Source of the DNA: Syntrophorhabdaceae bacterium
GTDB taxonomy: Bacteria > Desulfobacterota > Syntrophorhabdia > Syntrophorhabdales > Syntrophorhabdaceae
Assembly (NCBI GenBank): GCA_963666485.2
Contig: CAXXUO010000008.1
Span: 112,132 to 176,131, forward strand
DNA length: 64,000 nucleotides
Reading direction: 5' to 3'
This document shows, piece by piece, positions 23,681-33,388 of this stretch; position 1 is the stretch's first letter; each line of letters begins with the position of its first letter. Made by a program: the position numbers and the translations under genes. The notes below the pieces were generated by a model that saw only the letters and a list, made by a program, of their open reading frames with translations, was not told the DNA's origin and searched no databases.

Positions 23681-25351
23681 CTACGTGGTTTCCCGGTGCG
23701 GCCCGCTCCACAGGGCCAGGGCATCATGTATGTCGTCCGCTGTAAAAGCGCCGTCCATTGCCTTGAGAAATGTCCGGTCCTGAAAAACGCGGCTTACCTC
23801 CGCGAGGATCTCTATCTGGACCTCCGGCCTTGCAGCGGGGGTGAGCGAAAGCACTATATAGCCTGCAGGCCGGCTGTCTTCCCCGGTGACCCCTCCACGG
23901 ACGACCCCCAGGGCTGCGCCCGGCGCACGAAGGTTTTCGAGCCGTGCGTGGGGAATGGCGAGGCCTTCATTGAGGAAGGTAGACCCTTCCGACTCGCGCG
24001 CCATTATCGCCTGCAACGCAGACGCCTCACTGCAGCCCGGAAGGTCCCTGCATGCCATGTGGACAAGTACCCGGATGGCTTCAACTTTTGAGACAGGGTC
24101 ATCCCAGAACACGACGTTGCGTCCGATCAGATCGTTTATCGCCACCTTGCGCGCCCTGGGCCCGGCCGCCTCTGTCGGCGCCTCTTCCCCAACTATTTCA
24201 ACCGGTGTCCTCATCGCGGGAACGGACGCTGTATCCACCACCACGACTGCCACATTATTCGCTTTGTCGATCAGGCGATGTACCAGGCTCTTTCCGCCCG
24301 CTACCCGCCTCCAGAGAGACCGTCTTGCGGGGGAACCCACCACAATATGCCCGACACGGTACTCCTTTGCAAAACGGAGTATGGTGTCGGCCACATCTTC
24401 ACCTTTATATGTGAAGACCGTCGCCCCCAACTGCTTCGCGATGGTGAGGGTGTTTGAGATAAGACGCTGGGTCAACGGGTCGACCGCGGTTGCCGCCTCT
24501 TCCGACGTTTGCACGTATACCGCGTACCAGTTCCTGTTAAGCCGCCCGGCAAGGCGGGAGCCGTACCTGAGGAGCATTTCGCTGTTGGGCCCCCGCGAGC
24601 TCAGGCACACCATCACCTGGTCGGGGGTGGGTGCGATCTCTTCATCCAGGGCCTCCCGCCGCCTCAGGTCGATCTGTGACGCCAGTTCCCTCAAGGTCAT
24701 CTCCCGGAGCTGTTCCAGGTTCGACAGGGTGAAAAAATTTGAAAGAGCCGTTTTGACACGCTCTTCAGGATAGATCTTCCCGTCTTCGAGACGCTGACGG
24801 AGGTCCTCCTCCGAAACGTCGACGTTGATGATCTCGTCGGCCCCGGCCAGGATATTGTCCGGCAGACGCTCGCGCACGGCGACCCCAAGACCCCGCTCCA
24901 CCGTGTTGTAAAGGCTTTCGAGGTGCTGGATGTTGACCGTGGTGATCACGTGGATGCCGGCGGCGAGAATGTCGTCTACATCCTGGTAGCGCTTGGGGTT
25001 CGAGGTCCCCGGAACGTTGGTATGGGCAAGCTCGTCGACAAGGGCGACCTCCGGCTTGCGGGCAATGAGCGCATTAAGATCCATCTCCCCGACAACAATG
25101 CCGTGGTATTCATACTCAAGCCTCGGAACGACCTCGAGCCCTTCCATGAGGCGCGCCGTATCCGGCCGCCCGTGCGTCTCGACGAGCCCGATGACCACGT
25201 CGATCCCTTCCTCTTTGAGCCTGTGGCCCTCGAGGAGCATCTGGTAGGTCTTGCCCACGCCGGCGGCATACCCGAGATAGACCTTGAGCCTGCCGCGCCG
25301 CGACCGCTGGATCAACCTTAGGAAATCGTCCGCCCTGTCAGCCCGTTCCAT
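23681..25351 (-). CDS. Kinase-less KdpD N-terminal protein: KdpD domain + USP + PTS EIIA-type domain
   Basis: GRLKVYLGYAAGVGKTY, VDELAHTN, NIQHLESL; USP VMVCLSS; EIIA ARESEGSTFLNEGLAIPHAR; no TM segments or kinase core. Confidence 0.9.
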   Translation of the reverse strand: MERADRADDFLRLIQRSRRGRLKVYLGYAAGVGKTYQMLLEGHRLKEEGIDVVIGLVETHGRPDTARLMEGLEVVPRLEYEYHGIVVGEMDLNALIARKPEVALVDELAHTNVPGTSNPKRYQDVDDILAAGIHVITTVNIQHLESLYNTVERGLGVAVRERLPDNILAGADEIINVDVSEEDLRQRLEDGKIYPEERVKTALSNFFTLSNLEQLREMTLRELASQIDLRRREALDEEIAPTPDQVMVCLSSRGPNSEMLLRYGSRLAGRLNRNWYAVYVQTSEEAATAVDPLTQRLISNTLTIAKQLGATVFTYKGEDVADTILRFAKEYRVGHIVVGSPARRSLWRRVAGGKSLVHRLIDKANNVAVVVVDTASVPAMRTPVEIVGEEAPTEAAGPRARKVAINDLIGRNVVFWDDPVSKVEAIRVLVHMACRDLPGCSEASALQAIMARESEGSTFLNEGLAIPHARLENLRAPGAALGVVRGGVTGEDSRPAGYIVLSLTPAARPEVQIEILAEVSRVFQDRTFLKAMDGAFTADDIHDALALWSGPHRETT

Positions 25352-25354
25352 GTT

Positions 25355-25936
25355 CTAGATCCTCCCGTCCAGGGCACAATTCAGGGTAAGGACGTTGACG
25401 CGGGGTTCCCCGAATATCCCGAAGGTCCGTTCCTCGGTGTGTTGCCCGATCTTCTGAAGGACGGCCCTTTCAGTCATGCCCCGTTCGCGCGCGACCCTTT
25501 TCGCCTGGATGAGCGCATTTTTAAGGCTGATATGGGGATCGAGCCCGCTTGCCGATGCCGTGACGGCGTCCGCCGGAATGGGAACATCCGGCGCAAGGCC
25601 GTTCTCCTTCCGGTATTCGTCAACGCGCGCCTTCACTGTCTCGCTCAAGGTCCGCGACAGGGGGCCGAGATTGCTTCCCCCCGATGCCTGCGCATCGTAA
25701 CCTTTTCCCGCTGCTGACGGGCGCGGGTGAAAGTACTGCGGGCCCGCGAAACCCTGCGCCAGCAGCGTCGATCCGATCACCCTGCCCTCCGCCGTCAGGA
25801 GCGAACCGTTCGCTTTCCCGTTGAAGAACATCTGCCCGACGGCCCACGTGATCAGTGGGTATACCCCGCACAGCAGGATGCCCAGCACAAGAATGCCGAT
25901 GAGGCTGATCCTGATCTCCCGGAACAATGTGTTCAT
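25355..25936 (-). CDS. kdpC: K+-transporting ATPase subunit C
   Basis: ANGSL, YFHPRPSA, SGGSNLGP, DAVTASASGLDPHIS. Confidence 0.96.
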   Translation of the reverse strand: MNTLFREIRISLIGILVLGILLCGVYPLITWAVGQMFFNGKANGSLLTAEGRVIGSTLLAQGFAGPQYFHPRPSAAGKGYDAQASGGSNLGPLSRTLSETVKARVDEYRKENGLAPDVPIPADAVTASASGLDPHISLKNALIQAKRVARERGMTERAVLQKIGQHTEERTFGIFGEPRVNVLTLNCALDGRI

Positions 25937-25952
25937 GACGCTTCTCTCCCGA

Positions 25953-27971
25953 TCATATCAGGCCGATGGCCGTAATGATCATATCTATCGCCTTGATCCC
26001 GATGAACGGGACGACAAGGCCGCCTGCACCGTAGATGAGAAGATTTCTCTTCAGGAGCGCTGACGCTCCGAGCGGCCGGAATGTGACCCCTTTCAGGGCG
26101 AGGGGGATGAGGAACACTATGATAAGTGCATTGAAGATCACCGCGCTTAAGATCGCACTCTGCGGCGAAGAGAGCATCATAATGTTGAGCGGAGCGATAA
26201 CGGGGAAAATGCCGACCAGCATGGCGGGGATGATCGCAAAATACTTTGCTACATCGTTCGCTATGGAAAATGTCGTGAGCGCCCCGCGCGTGATGAGCAT
26301 CTGCTTGCCTATCTCCACGACCTCGATCAGCTTCGTGGGGTTCGAGTCAAGATCGACCATGTTCCCTGCTTCCTTTGCCGCCTGGGTCCCCGTGTTCATC
26401 GCGACACCGACGTCCGCCTGTGCAAGGCCGGGGGCGTCGTTCGTCCCGTCACCGGTCATGGCGACGAGGTGGCCGGCCGCCTGCTCGGTGCGGATAAGGC
26501 GCAATTTATCCTCCGGCCTCGCCTCCGCCACAAACTCGTCGACGCCGGCCTCTTTCGCTATTGCAGCGGCCGTGAGCCGGTTGTCCCCGGTTATCATCAC
26601 GGTCTTTATGCCCATTGCCCGAAACCGCTCGAACCGGTCTTTCAACCCGCCCTTCACGATATCCTTGAGCTCGATCGTACCGAGCACCCGTTCATTGTCC
26701 GCTACGACGAGAGGGGTGCCCCCCGAATCCGCTATTTCATCGATGGCCGCATTGACCTCATCGGGGAAGCTGCCGCCGACAAATGTCCGAACCGCCTCGG
26801 AGGCGCCCTTTCGTATCCGCCTGCTATCGAGGTCTATGCCGCTCATACGGGTCTGCGCGGTGAACGGTATGAAATCGGCGTGCGGCATCTCGCCGATGTT
26901 CCGCCCCCTCAAGCCGTACTGCTTGGCGAGGACGACGATGCTCCGCCCTTCCGGGGTCTCGTCGGCAAGCGAGCTGAGTTGGGCTCCGTCTGCCAGTGCC
27001 TCGGGACTCACCCCGGGTGCCGGGATAAACCTCGTTGCCTGCCTGTCCCCGAGCGTGATCGTTCCCGTCTTGTCGAGAAGCAGGACATCGACATCGCCCG
27101 CCGCTTCGACCGCGCGGCCGCTCATTGCAAGAACGTTCTTCTGCACCATGCGGTCTATCCCCGCTATGCCGATAGCGCTCAACAGTCCGCCGATCGTCGT
27201 GGGAATGAGGCACACGAGCAGGGCGACAAGCACCGTAATGGGAAAGGACACGCCGGAATACATGCCAAAGAACCTAAGCGAAATGATAACGACGAGGAAG
27301 ATGACGGTAAGCGCGGACAGAAGCAGGGTCAGGGCGATCTCGTTCGGGGTCTTCTGCCTTTTTGCCCCTTCCACGAGCCCGATCATGCGGTCAAGAAAAC
27401 TCTGCCCCTTTTCCGCCGTCACCCGGACAACGATGCGGTCCGACAGGACCCGCGTGCCGCCCGTCACCGCACTGCGGTCTCCGCCCGCCTCCCGGATGAC
27501 CGGCGCTGATTCCCCCGTGATCGCCGATTCGTCGACCGTCGCAGCCCCTTCGATGATCTCTCCGTCCGCTGGTATGACCTCGCCGGCCGAGACCACGAAC
27601 AGTTCCCCCTTTTCGAGCCGGTCGGCGGGTACCTGCGTGACCGAACCGTCCCTCAGGCGGTTTGCGATGCTCTGCGTGCGCGTCCTGCGCAGGGCCATCG
27701 CCTGTGCCTTCCCCCGCCCCTCCGCCATCGCCTCCGCGAAGTTTGCGAAGAACACCGTGAACCACAGCCAGACCGTTATCTGGAGATCAAAAAAGAGGGA
27801 TGCGCTCCCGGAGCGGTAGAAGAGCATGATTGTTGTGATCGCCGCCGCCGTTTCGGTAACGAAAATGACCGGGTTTTTCATGAGGGACACGGGGTTCAGC
27901 TTCTTAAAAGAAGCAACGACGGCACCCGCTATGATGTCGCGATCGAAAAGGGAATGTCGCTTCGCAGCCAT
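25953..27971 (-). CDS. kdpB: K+-transporting P-type ATPase subunit B
   Basis: [26 protein letters not shown]. Confidence 0.97.
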   Translation of the reverse strand: MAAKRHSLFDRDIIAGAVVASFKKLNPVSLMKNPVIFVTETAAAITTIMLFYRSGSASLFFDLQITVWLWFTVFFANFAEAMAEGRGKAQAMALRRTRTQSIANRLRDGSVTQVPADRLEKGELFVVSAGEVIPADGEIIEGAATVDESAITGESAPVIREAGGDRSAVTGGTRVLSDRIVVRVTAEKGQSFLDRMIGLVEGAKRQKTPNEIALTLLLSALTVIFLVVIISLRFFGMYSGVSFPITVLVALLVCLIPTTIGGLLSAIGIAGIDRMVQKNVLAMSGRAVEAAGDVDVLLLDKTGTITLGDRQATRFIPAPGVSPEALADGAQLSSLADETPEGRSIVVLAKQYGLRGRNIGEMPHADFIPFTAQTRMSGIDLDSRRIRKGASEAVRTFVGGSFPDEVNAAIDEIADSGGTPLVVADNERVLGTIELKDIVKGGLKDRFERFRAMGIKTVMITGDNRLTAAAIAKEAGVDEFVAEARPEDKLRLIRTEQAAGHLVAMTGDGTNDAPGLAQADVGVAMNTGTQAAKEAGNMVDLDSNPTKLIEVVEIGKQMLITRGALTTFSIANDVAKYFAIIPAMLVGIFPVIAPLNIMMLSSPQSAILSAVIFNALIIVFLIPLALKGVTFRPLGASALLKRNLLIYGAGGLVVPFIGIKAIDMIITAIGLI

Positions 27972-27983
27972 TCTCGTCCTCGC

Positions 27984-29756
27984 CTAGTACAATGCACGGG
28001 AGGCATTCATGAGAAAATGCTCCACTATGGGGCCGAGTGCCAGGGCGGGAAGAAATGTGAGGGCCCCCACGATCAGGACCGTTCCGGCAACCAGTGCGAC
28101 AAATATGGGGCCGTAGGCCGGAAAACTGCCGGAGCTTGCGGGCACCGGCCTCTTTGCTGCCAGGCTCCCCGACAGTGCCATGACAGGGACTATCACCAGG
28201 AACCGGCCGAAAAGCATTGCTATGCCCAGCATAACGTTGTACCAGGGGGTGTTGCCGCCGAGGCCCGCGAACGCGCTCCCGTTGTTGCCCACGGCGGACG
28301 AAAAGGCATAGAGTATCTCGGTCAGGCCATGCGGCCCGGCATTGCCGAGCGCCCCCGTTCCCCATTTCGTCACCGCGCCGAATGCGGCAAATCCAAGGAT
28401 GGAGAAGATGGATACAAGAACGGCAAGCGCGCACATCTTCACATCATACGCCTCGATCTTCTTGCCGCAGTATTCCGGGGTCCTCCCCACCATGAGGCCG
28501 GCCAGAAAGATCGCGAGAATGACAAAGACGAGCATGCCGTAAAGGCCCGACCCCACGCCCCCGAAGACGACCTCGCCGAGTTGTATATTGACGAGGGTGA
28601 TCAGCCCGCCGAGGGGTGTGAACGAATCATGCATCGCGTTCACCGCCCCGCATGACGCATCCGTTGTGACCGTCGCAAAAAGCGACGAACCAAAGACGCC
28701 GAAGCGCACTTCTTTGCCCTCCATATTCCCCGGGGCGGCAGCCACACCGATATCGTGCATGCGCGGATTGCCGGCGACCTCCGCGAACCAGCATACACAG
28801 ATCGCGGCGAGGAACAGCACGAGCATCGTCATGAAGATGGCCCAGCCGTGTTTACGGTTCTTTATCGTGAGCCCAAGGTAATAGGTAAGGCCGGCGGGGA
28901 TCAGGAATATAGAGAAGATCTGCAGAAAATTGCTGAGCGGCGTCGGGTTCTCATACGGGTGGGCCGCATTGGCATTCGTAAAGCCGCCGCCGTTCGTCCC
29001 CAGCATTTTTATCGCAGCCTGTGACGCCATCGGTCCCTGCACGATCGTTTGGCCCGTCACCATTTCCGTTTTAGCCGGGCCGGCACCATCCGGTGCCTGA
29101 ACTGTGACAATTGCAGGTTCGACGAGTTGTGCCGACGCGTAGGGCCTGAAATTCTGGACCACCCCCTGCGACACCAGAAACACGGCGAACACGAGGGACA
29201 ATGGCAGGAGGAGATACAGGTTGACCCTGACCATGTCGACCCAGAAATTCCCGACGGTCCCCGACCTCTCGCGGGCAATTCCCCGCACAAGCGCCGCAGA
29301 CACCGCTATGCCGCACGCTGCCGAGATAAAATTGTGGAACGTCAGGGCGACCATCTGGGAAAAATAGGACATCGTCGACTCACCCGGGTAGTTCTGCCAG
29401 TTGGTGTTCGTCGTAAAGCTCGCCGCCGTGTTGAAGGAGAGATCGGGATTGACGGGACCCAATCCCTGCGGGTTCAGGGGGAGAAGGTGCTGGAGGCGCA
29501 GGATGAAGTAGCTGAAGAGCATGGACGCGCAACTGAACACGAGGAGAGAGAAGAGGTAGCTCCTCCAGGTCTGCTCCTGCCGCCCCGCGAGACCGAACAG
29601 ACGGTAGAACAGCCGCTCGAGAGGGGAGATGAGCGGGTCAAGGAACGTCTGTGCATCAGGGTCGAGCACCCGCGAAAGATAGATGCCCATCGGCTTCGCC
29701 GCCGCGATAATAAGGCCCGTAAAAATTGCGAGCTGCAACCATCCGTACATATCCAT
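27984..29756 (-). CDS. kdpA: K+-transporting ATPase subunit A
   Basis: TNTNWQNY, LGTNGGGF, SCGAVN, NNGSAF filter motifs. Confidence 0.97.
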   Translation of the reverse strand: MDMYGWLQLAIFTGLIIAAAKPMGIYLSRVLDPDAQTFLDPLISPLERLFYRLFGLAGRQEQTWRSYLFSLLVFSCASMLFSYFILRLQHLLPLNPQGLGPVNPDLSFNTAASFTTNTNWQNYPGESTMSYFSQMVALTFHNFISAACGIAVSAALVRGIARERSGTVGNFWVDMVRVNLYLLLPLSLVFAVFLVSQGVVQNFRPYASAQLVEPAIVTVQAPDGAGPAKTEMVTGQTIVQGPMASQAAIKMLGTNGGGFTNANAAHPYENPTPLSNFLQIFSIFLIPAGLTYYLGLTIKNRKHGWAIFMTMLVLFLAAICVCWFAEVAGNPRMHDIGVAAAPGNMEGKEVRFGVFGSSLFATVTTDASCGAVNAMHDSFTPLGGLITLVNIQLGEVVFGGVGSGLYGMLVFVILAIFLAGLMVGRTPEYCGKKIEAYDVKMCALAVLVSIFSILGFAAFGAVTKWGTGALGNAGPHGLTEILYAFSSAVGNNGSAFAGLGGNTPWYNVMLGIAMLFGRFLVIVPVMALSGSLAAKRPVPASSGSFPAYGPIFVALVAGTVLIVGALTFLPALALGPIVEHFLMNASRALY

Positions 29757-29765
29757 GGCTATCTC

Positions 29766-29846
29766 CTAGAACTTCTCCGGCCTGATGACCGATATCATCA
29801 GGTATATGATGAGAAGGATGCCCACGATGAGGACAACGATATCCAT
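29766..29846 (-). CDS. kdpF: K+-transporting ATPase subunit F (26 aa)
   Basis: MDIVVLIVGILLIIYLMISVIRPEKF; YL.....RPEKF signature; GGAGG SD. Confidence 0.92.
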   Translation of the reverse strand: MDIVVLIVGILLIIYLMISVIRPEKF

Positions 29847-29847
29847 T

Positions 29848-29931
29848 TCATATCCTCCCGCAGGCCGCACCGAAAAGATGACAGGCGGCAAAAAACAAGA
29901 CGGCAACCGCAACAAACATAACATCGCTCAT
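29848..29931 (-). CDS. Small hydrophobic peptide upstream of kdpF (27 aa)
   Basis: MSDVMFVAVAVLFFAACHLFGAACGRI; ATGA overlap with the upstream kinase stop; ends 1 nt before kdpF. Confidence 0.75.
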   Translation of the reverse strand: MSDVMFVAVAVLFFAACHLFGAACGRI

Positions 29932-31769
29932 GATGCATCCTCCGTGTGCCCGATATCTGCTGCGGGCAGGAAGAACGTGAATGTCGCACCTTCACCCTCC
30001 CTGCTCGTGACGGTGATCTCGCCATTATGTGCGTTGATGATCTCTTTGACGATCGAAAGGCCGAGGCCGGCACCACGGTGTGGATCATCCCCGGGGAGTT
30101 CCACGAACCTTTCAAAGATAATGCCCGTATATTCACGCGGAATGCCCTTTCCCGTATCTGCAACGGAAAAAGCGACGCGGGCATCCGCTCTTTTGGCCGA
30201 AACCGTGACGCTGCCGCCGGGCGGCGTATATCTCAACGCGTTTGAAAGCAGGTTTGAGAACACGTGCCCTATCTGCATTGCATCGGCGCTCACATCGGGG
30301 AGCTCAGGTTCAATATCGGCTGAAAGCATGATGCCCTTCTCCTGGCTCAAGCGGCGAAAGGGCTCGATGCCGTTCAATACCAGGGTCGCGGGGGACACGG
30401 TCCGGATGTTCATCTTCACTTTGCCCGACTCTATCCTGCTGATATCGAGAAGGTCATCGATAATAGTGCGGAGCCTTTCGCTTTCTTCCCGTGCGGCTAC
30501 CAGCAATTCACCCTGTTTCGCGGTCAAGAGTCCCGGTTTCTCGGTCAGCAGGAGGTGGATGGCCATCTCCACGGCCGTAAGCGGTGTTTTCAGTTGATGT
30601 GATACGGTGGAAATGACGCTGCGCTTCATTTCGTCGTGCTGCCGGAGCAGGGTGACGTCCTCGAGAAGGAGCACCACCCCCGTCATTCGTTCCTTCTCCT
30701 CGAATATCGGTATGCCCCGCGGGCGGAAATATCGCTCCGCGCCGCCCACGAACTTTTGCATGACGTCCCTGTCGCCCGGCTCCACTTTTCGTCCCTTTTT
30801 CATGACCTCCCGATAGGTGCCTTCGACACGGCGATCGGGAAGCATGCCTATCGGGGTGTTGGGTTTGAGACCGAATATGTCCTTTGCCGGGCCGGTTGCA
30901 ACCTCCACCATGCCGTCGAGGCCTATCACGGCGACAGCATCCGAAAGGCTGTTAAAAGCGGCCTGCGTGGCCTTCTGGTACCTGTACGCCTTCGTCCTGT
31001 CGCTCCGCCGGAACTCGCGCACGGCGGCCGCCATCCGGTTGAACGCTTCGGAGAGCGCCCCTATTTCGTCACGGGACGTGACGGGCACGACAAGCTCGAG
31101 GTTCCCCTTCCTTATCTCGTCCGCCGAGCGCGTGAGACGGGAGATGGGCTGCACGATCCATTTACCGGCAAAGACCATGAAACCGAGGCCGATAACGATC
31201 CCGGCAATGACGAGAACATACATATGCCGGCGGGATGTTGCGGCGAGCCTTTTTGCCCGTTCATCGGAATCCACTATGTTCTTCTGATTCATCAGGAGGA
31301 TCGCATTGGCGATGTTTTTCATCTCGTAGAATTTTGGCAGCAACTTATTGAAATAGATTTTGTGCCTGCCGCCGAACGATGCGTCCCGCTTCCGGAGAAA
31401 TTCCTCGAGGAGCGACCTGTACTGCCCAAACGTGTCACGAAGCCGCCAGGCCAGGTCCTTTTCACCCGGCAATGTGATATTGTCGAGCTCGACCTGGAGG
31501 GCCTGTGCAAACCGCGGCACATTGGCTTCGATAAGGTCCCTGCCCTTTTCTTTCTCACCGAGCAGGACGAACAGGATCCCGCTGTCTATGCGCTCGGCCG
31601 ATTCTTTCATATCTTCGCACGCGATAACGCTCCGGTAGTTTTCCCTGAGAATGACATCGATCGACCCCCCCAACTGGGACAGGCGGATGATGCTCTGAGT
31701 ACCGACAATAAGGATGATGACGAGAAGGCCCCCGAAGCCGAAGAAGAGTTTATGCCTGAGCTGAAACAT
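29928..31769 (-). CDS. Sensor histidine kinase (periplasmic four-helix bundle, HAMP, PAS, HisKA, HATPase)
   Basis: Two TMs, DEIGALSEAFNRM, SHQLKTPLT, NLLSNA, DTGKGI, GAGLGL. Confidence 0.93.
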   Translation of the reverse strand: MFQLRHKLFFGFGGLLVIILIVGTQSIIRLSQLGGSIDVILRENYRSVIACEDMKESAERIDSGILFVLLGEKEKGRDLIEANVPRFAQALQVELDNITLPGEKDLAWRLRDTFGQYRSLLEEFLRKRDASFGGRHKIYFNKLLPKFYEMKNIANAILLMNQKNIVDSDERAKRLAATSRRHMYVLVIAGIVIGLGFMVFAGKWIVQPISRLTRSADEIRKGNLELVVPVTSRDEIGALSEAFNRMAAAVREFRRSDRTKAYRYQKATQAAFNSLSDAVAVIGLDGMVEVATGPAKDIFGLKPNTPIGMLPDRRVEGTYREVMKKGRKVEPGDRDVMQKFVGGAERYFRPRGIPIFEEKERMTGVVLLLEDVTLLRQHDEMKRSVISTVSHQLKTPLTAVEMAIHLLLTEKPGLLTAKQGELLVAAREESERLRTIIDDLLDISRIESGKVKMNIRTVSPATLVLNGIEPFRRLSQEKGIMLSADIEPELPDVSADAMQIGHVFSNLLSNALRYTPPGGSVTVSAKRADARVAFSVADTGKGIPREYTGIIFERFVELPGDDPHRGAGLGLSIVKEIINAHNGEITVTSREGEGATFTFFLPAADIGHTEDAS

Positions 31770-31798
31770 ACAATGTCCCTGCATTATTCATATTCATC

Positions 31799-31815
31799 AG
31801 CATACGGCGTGCCAA
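31799..31815 (-). promoter_or_regulatory. Sigma54 promoter of the kinase-kdpFABC operon
   Basis: Minus strand TTGGCAC-GCCGT-ATGCT. Confidence 0.8.
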
Positions 31816-31878
31816 GGGGAGGCTTCGTCTAACCTACCGGGATCATTGTGTATTAAGAAACAAGAATGGTCAGGGGCC

Positions 31879-31923
31879 TTGCGCTTCGCAAAGACGGGCC
31901 GGAACGGGCATTGCATGGTGCAA
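31879..31923. promoter_or_regulatory. Paired enhancer palindromes TTGC-N5-GCAA
   Basis: TTGCGcttCGCAA (31879-31891) and TTGCAtggTGCAA (31911-31923), 32 bp apart, upstream of the sigma54 site. Confidence 0.7.
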
Positions 31924-31934
31924 GGTTGCGGGGA

Positions 31935-33278
31935 TCACATGTTGTATTGTTTACGCCGCCGCCACAATGTCGCCTGGTCAATGCCAAGGACCTCGGCGGC
32001 CTCCTGCAGCGACCGCGAGTTCGCCAGGACGCGCCGGATATGCTCCTCCTCGATCCGGGCAAGCGACATCGGATCGCCCGCCTTCGGGACCGACAGCGCC
32101 GGTTTTATCTTCTCCGGCAGATACTCGATCCCTATCCGGTCGCTTTTGCAAAGGATAACCGCCCGCTCTATTGCATTCCTGAGCTCCCGGACATTCCCCG
32201 GCCACTCGTACTGCAGCAGGAAGTTCCAGGCCTCATCGGTAAAACCCAAAAAGCGTCGGTGGCTGTTTGAACTGAAAAAGGCAAGGAGGCGCTCGGCCAG
32301 CAGCCTGATGTCCGCCGGCCGCGCACGCAGGGGCGGTACCTCGACCTGAATGACGTTGAGGCGGTACAGCAGCTCTTCCCGGAAAAGCCCTTTCTTTACG
32401 GCCCCTTCCAGGTCTATATTCGTTGCAGCGAGGATACGCACATTGGCCCTGTGGGTTGCAGAATCACCGACCATCTCGTATTCCCGGTCCTGGAGAAAGC
32501 GCAGCAGTTTCGGCTGGAGCGTCACGGGCAGGTCGCCGATCTCGTCGAGAAGAAGCGTACCGCCTTCGCAGGCGGCGATCTTCCCGCGATTGTCCTTGAC
32601 CGCCCCCGTGAAAGCGCCCCTGACATGCCCGAACAGTTCACTGTCGAGAAGTTCCGGGGAAAGCGACGGGCAGGACACAACGCCGAACGGCATAGTGCGC
32701 CGCGGGCTCAACTGATGGATATACCTCGCCAGTTCCGTCTTTCCGGTGCCGCTTTCCCCGGTAAAGAGCACCGTAGCGCCGGAGGGGGCGACCTGCCGGG
32801 CGAGGTACACGACCCGCTGCATCCCGGGATCCTCCGTAGAGAAATCGACCTCGGGATGCGACCTGCCAAGGTCGAGGGCAAGGGCCTCGATCCTCTCCTC
32901 CAGGGACCTTATCTCCATTACCTTGCTGAGCGCGATCCCGATCTGAGCCGGGGTGAAAGGTTTCGGCACATAGTCCGTGGCGCCGCGACGCATTGCCTCG
33001 ACCGCGGTCTCGATGGATGCGTAGGCCGTTATCACGATGATCTTGAGCCACGGGGAATCCTTCAACAACGCCGGTATCAGGTCGAGCCCGTTCGTTATCC
33101 CGAGCCTCAGGTCGACGAAGGCAAGGTCGAACGCCTGTTCGCGTGCCTTCCGTGAAGCATCTTCGGCATTGCTGACCGCGGTGACCTGGCAGCCTTCCGA
33201 TTCAAGGTACGACCCAAGGACCTTCCTGATATTTACTTCGTCATCGACGACGAGAATACGAAATGAGCTGACGTCCAA
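31935..33278 (-). CDS. NtrC-family sigma54-dependent response regulator
   Basis: REC domain, GESGTGKT, GAFTGA, LLDEIG, WPGNVREL, Fis-type HTH. Confidence 0.95.
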   Translation of the reverse strand: MDVSSFRILVVDDEVNIRKVLGSYLESEGCQVTAVSNAEDASRKAREQAFDLAFVDLRLGITNGLDLIPALLKDSPWLKIIVITAYASIETAVEAMRRGATDYVPKPFTPAQIGIALSKVMEIRSLEERIEALALDLGRSHPEVDFSTEDPGMQRVVYLARQVAPSGATVLFTGESGTGKTELARYIHQLSPRRTMPFGVVSCPSLSPELLDSELFGHVRGAFTGAVKDNRGKIAACEGGTLLLDEIGDLPVTLQPKLLRFLQDREYEMVGDSATHRANVRILAATNIDLEGAVKKGLFREELLYRLNVIQVEVPPLRARPADIRLLAERLLAFFSSNSHRRFLGFTDEAWNFLLQYEWPGNVRELRNAIERAVILCKSDRIGIEYLPEKIKPALSVPKAGDPMSLARIEEEHIRRVLANSRSLQEAAEVLGIDQATLWRRRKQYNM

Positions 33279-33299
33279 GAAAAATCACTCCTCTTAGAA

Positions 33300-33365
33300 A
33301 ATATAAGTCGCCCGATATAAATAGAGTATTAAAAGTTGCGCGGGAAGCTGTAAAGAATATATAAA
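33300..33365 (-). promoter_or_regulatory. Putative KdpE-dependent promoter of the sigma54 activator gene
   Basis: Minus strand TTTATA-N5-TTTACA, N14, TTTTAA-N7-TTTATA, N10, TATATT. Confidence 0.7.
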
Positions 33366-33388
33366 AAAGCCGCGTGACCGGGCCCGTG

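Noticed and set aside
26035..27819. 594-aa plus-strand ORF and many similar antisense ORFs
   Set aside because: Shadows of well-supported genes (here kdpB) caused by GC-rich codon bias; no motifs.
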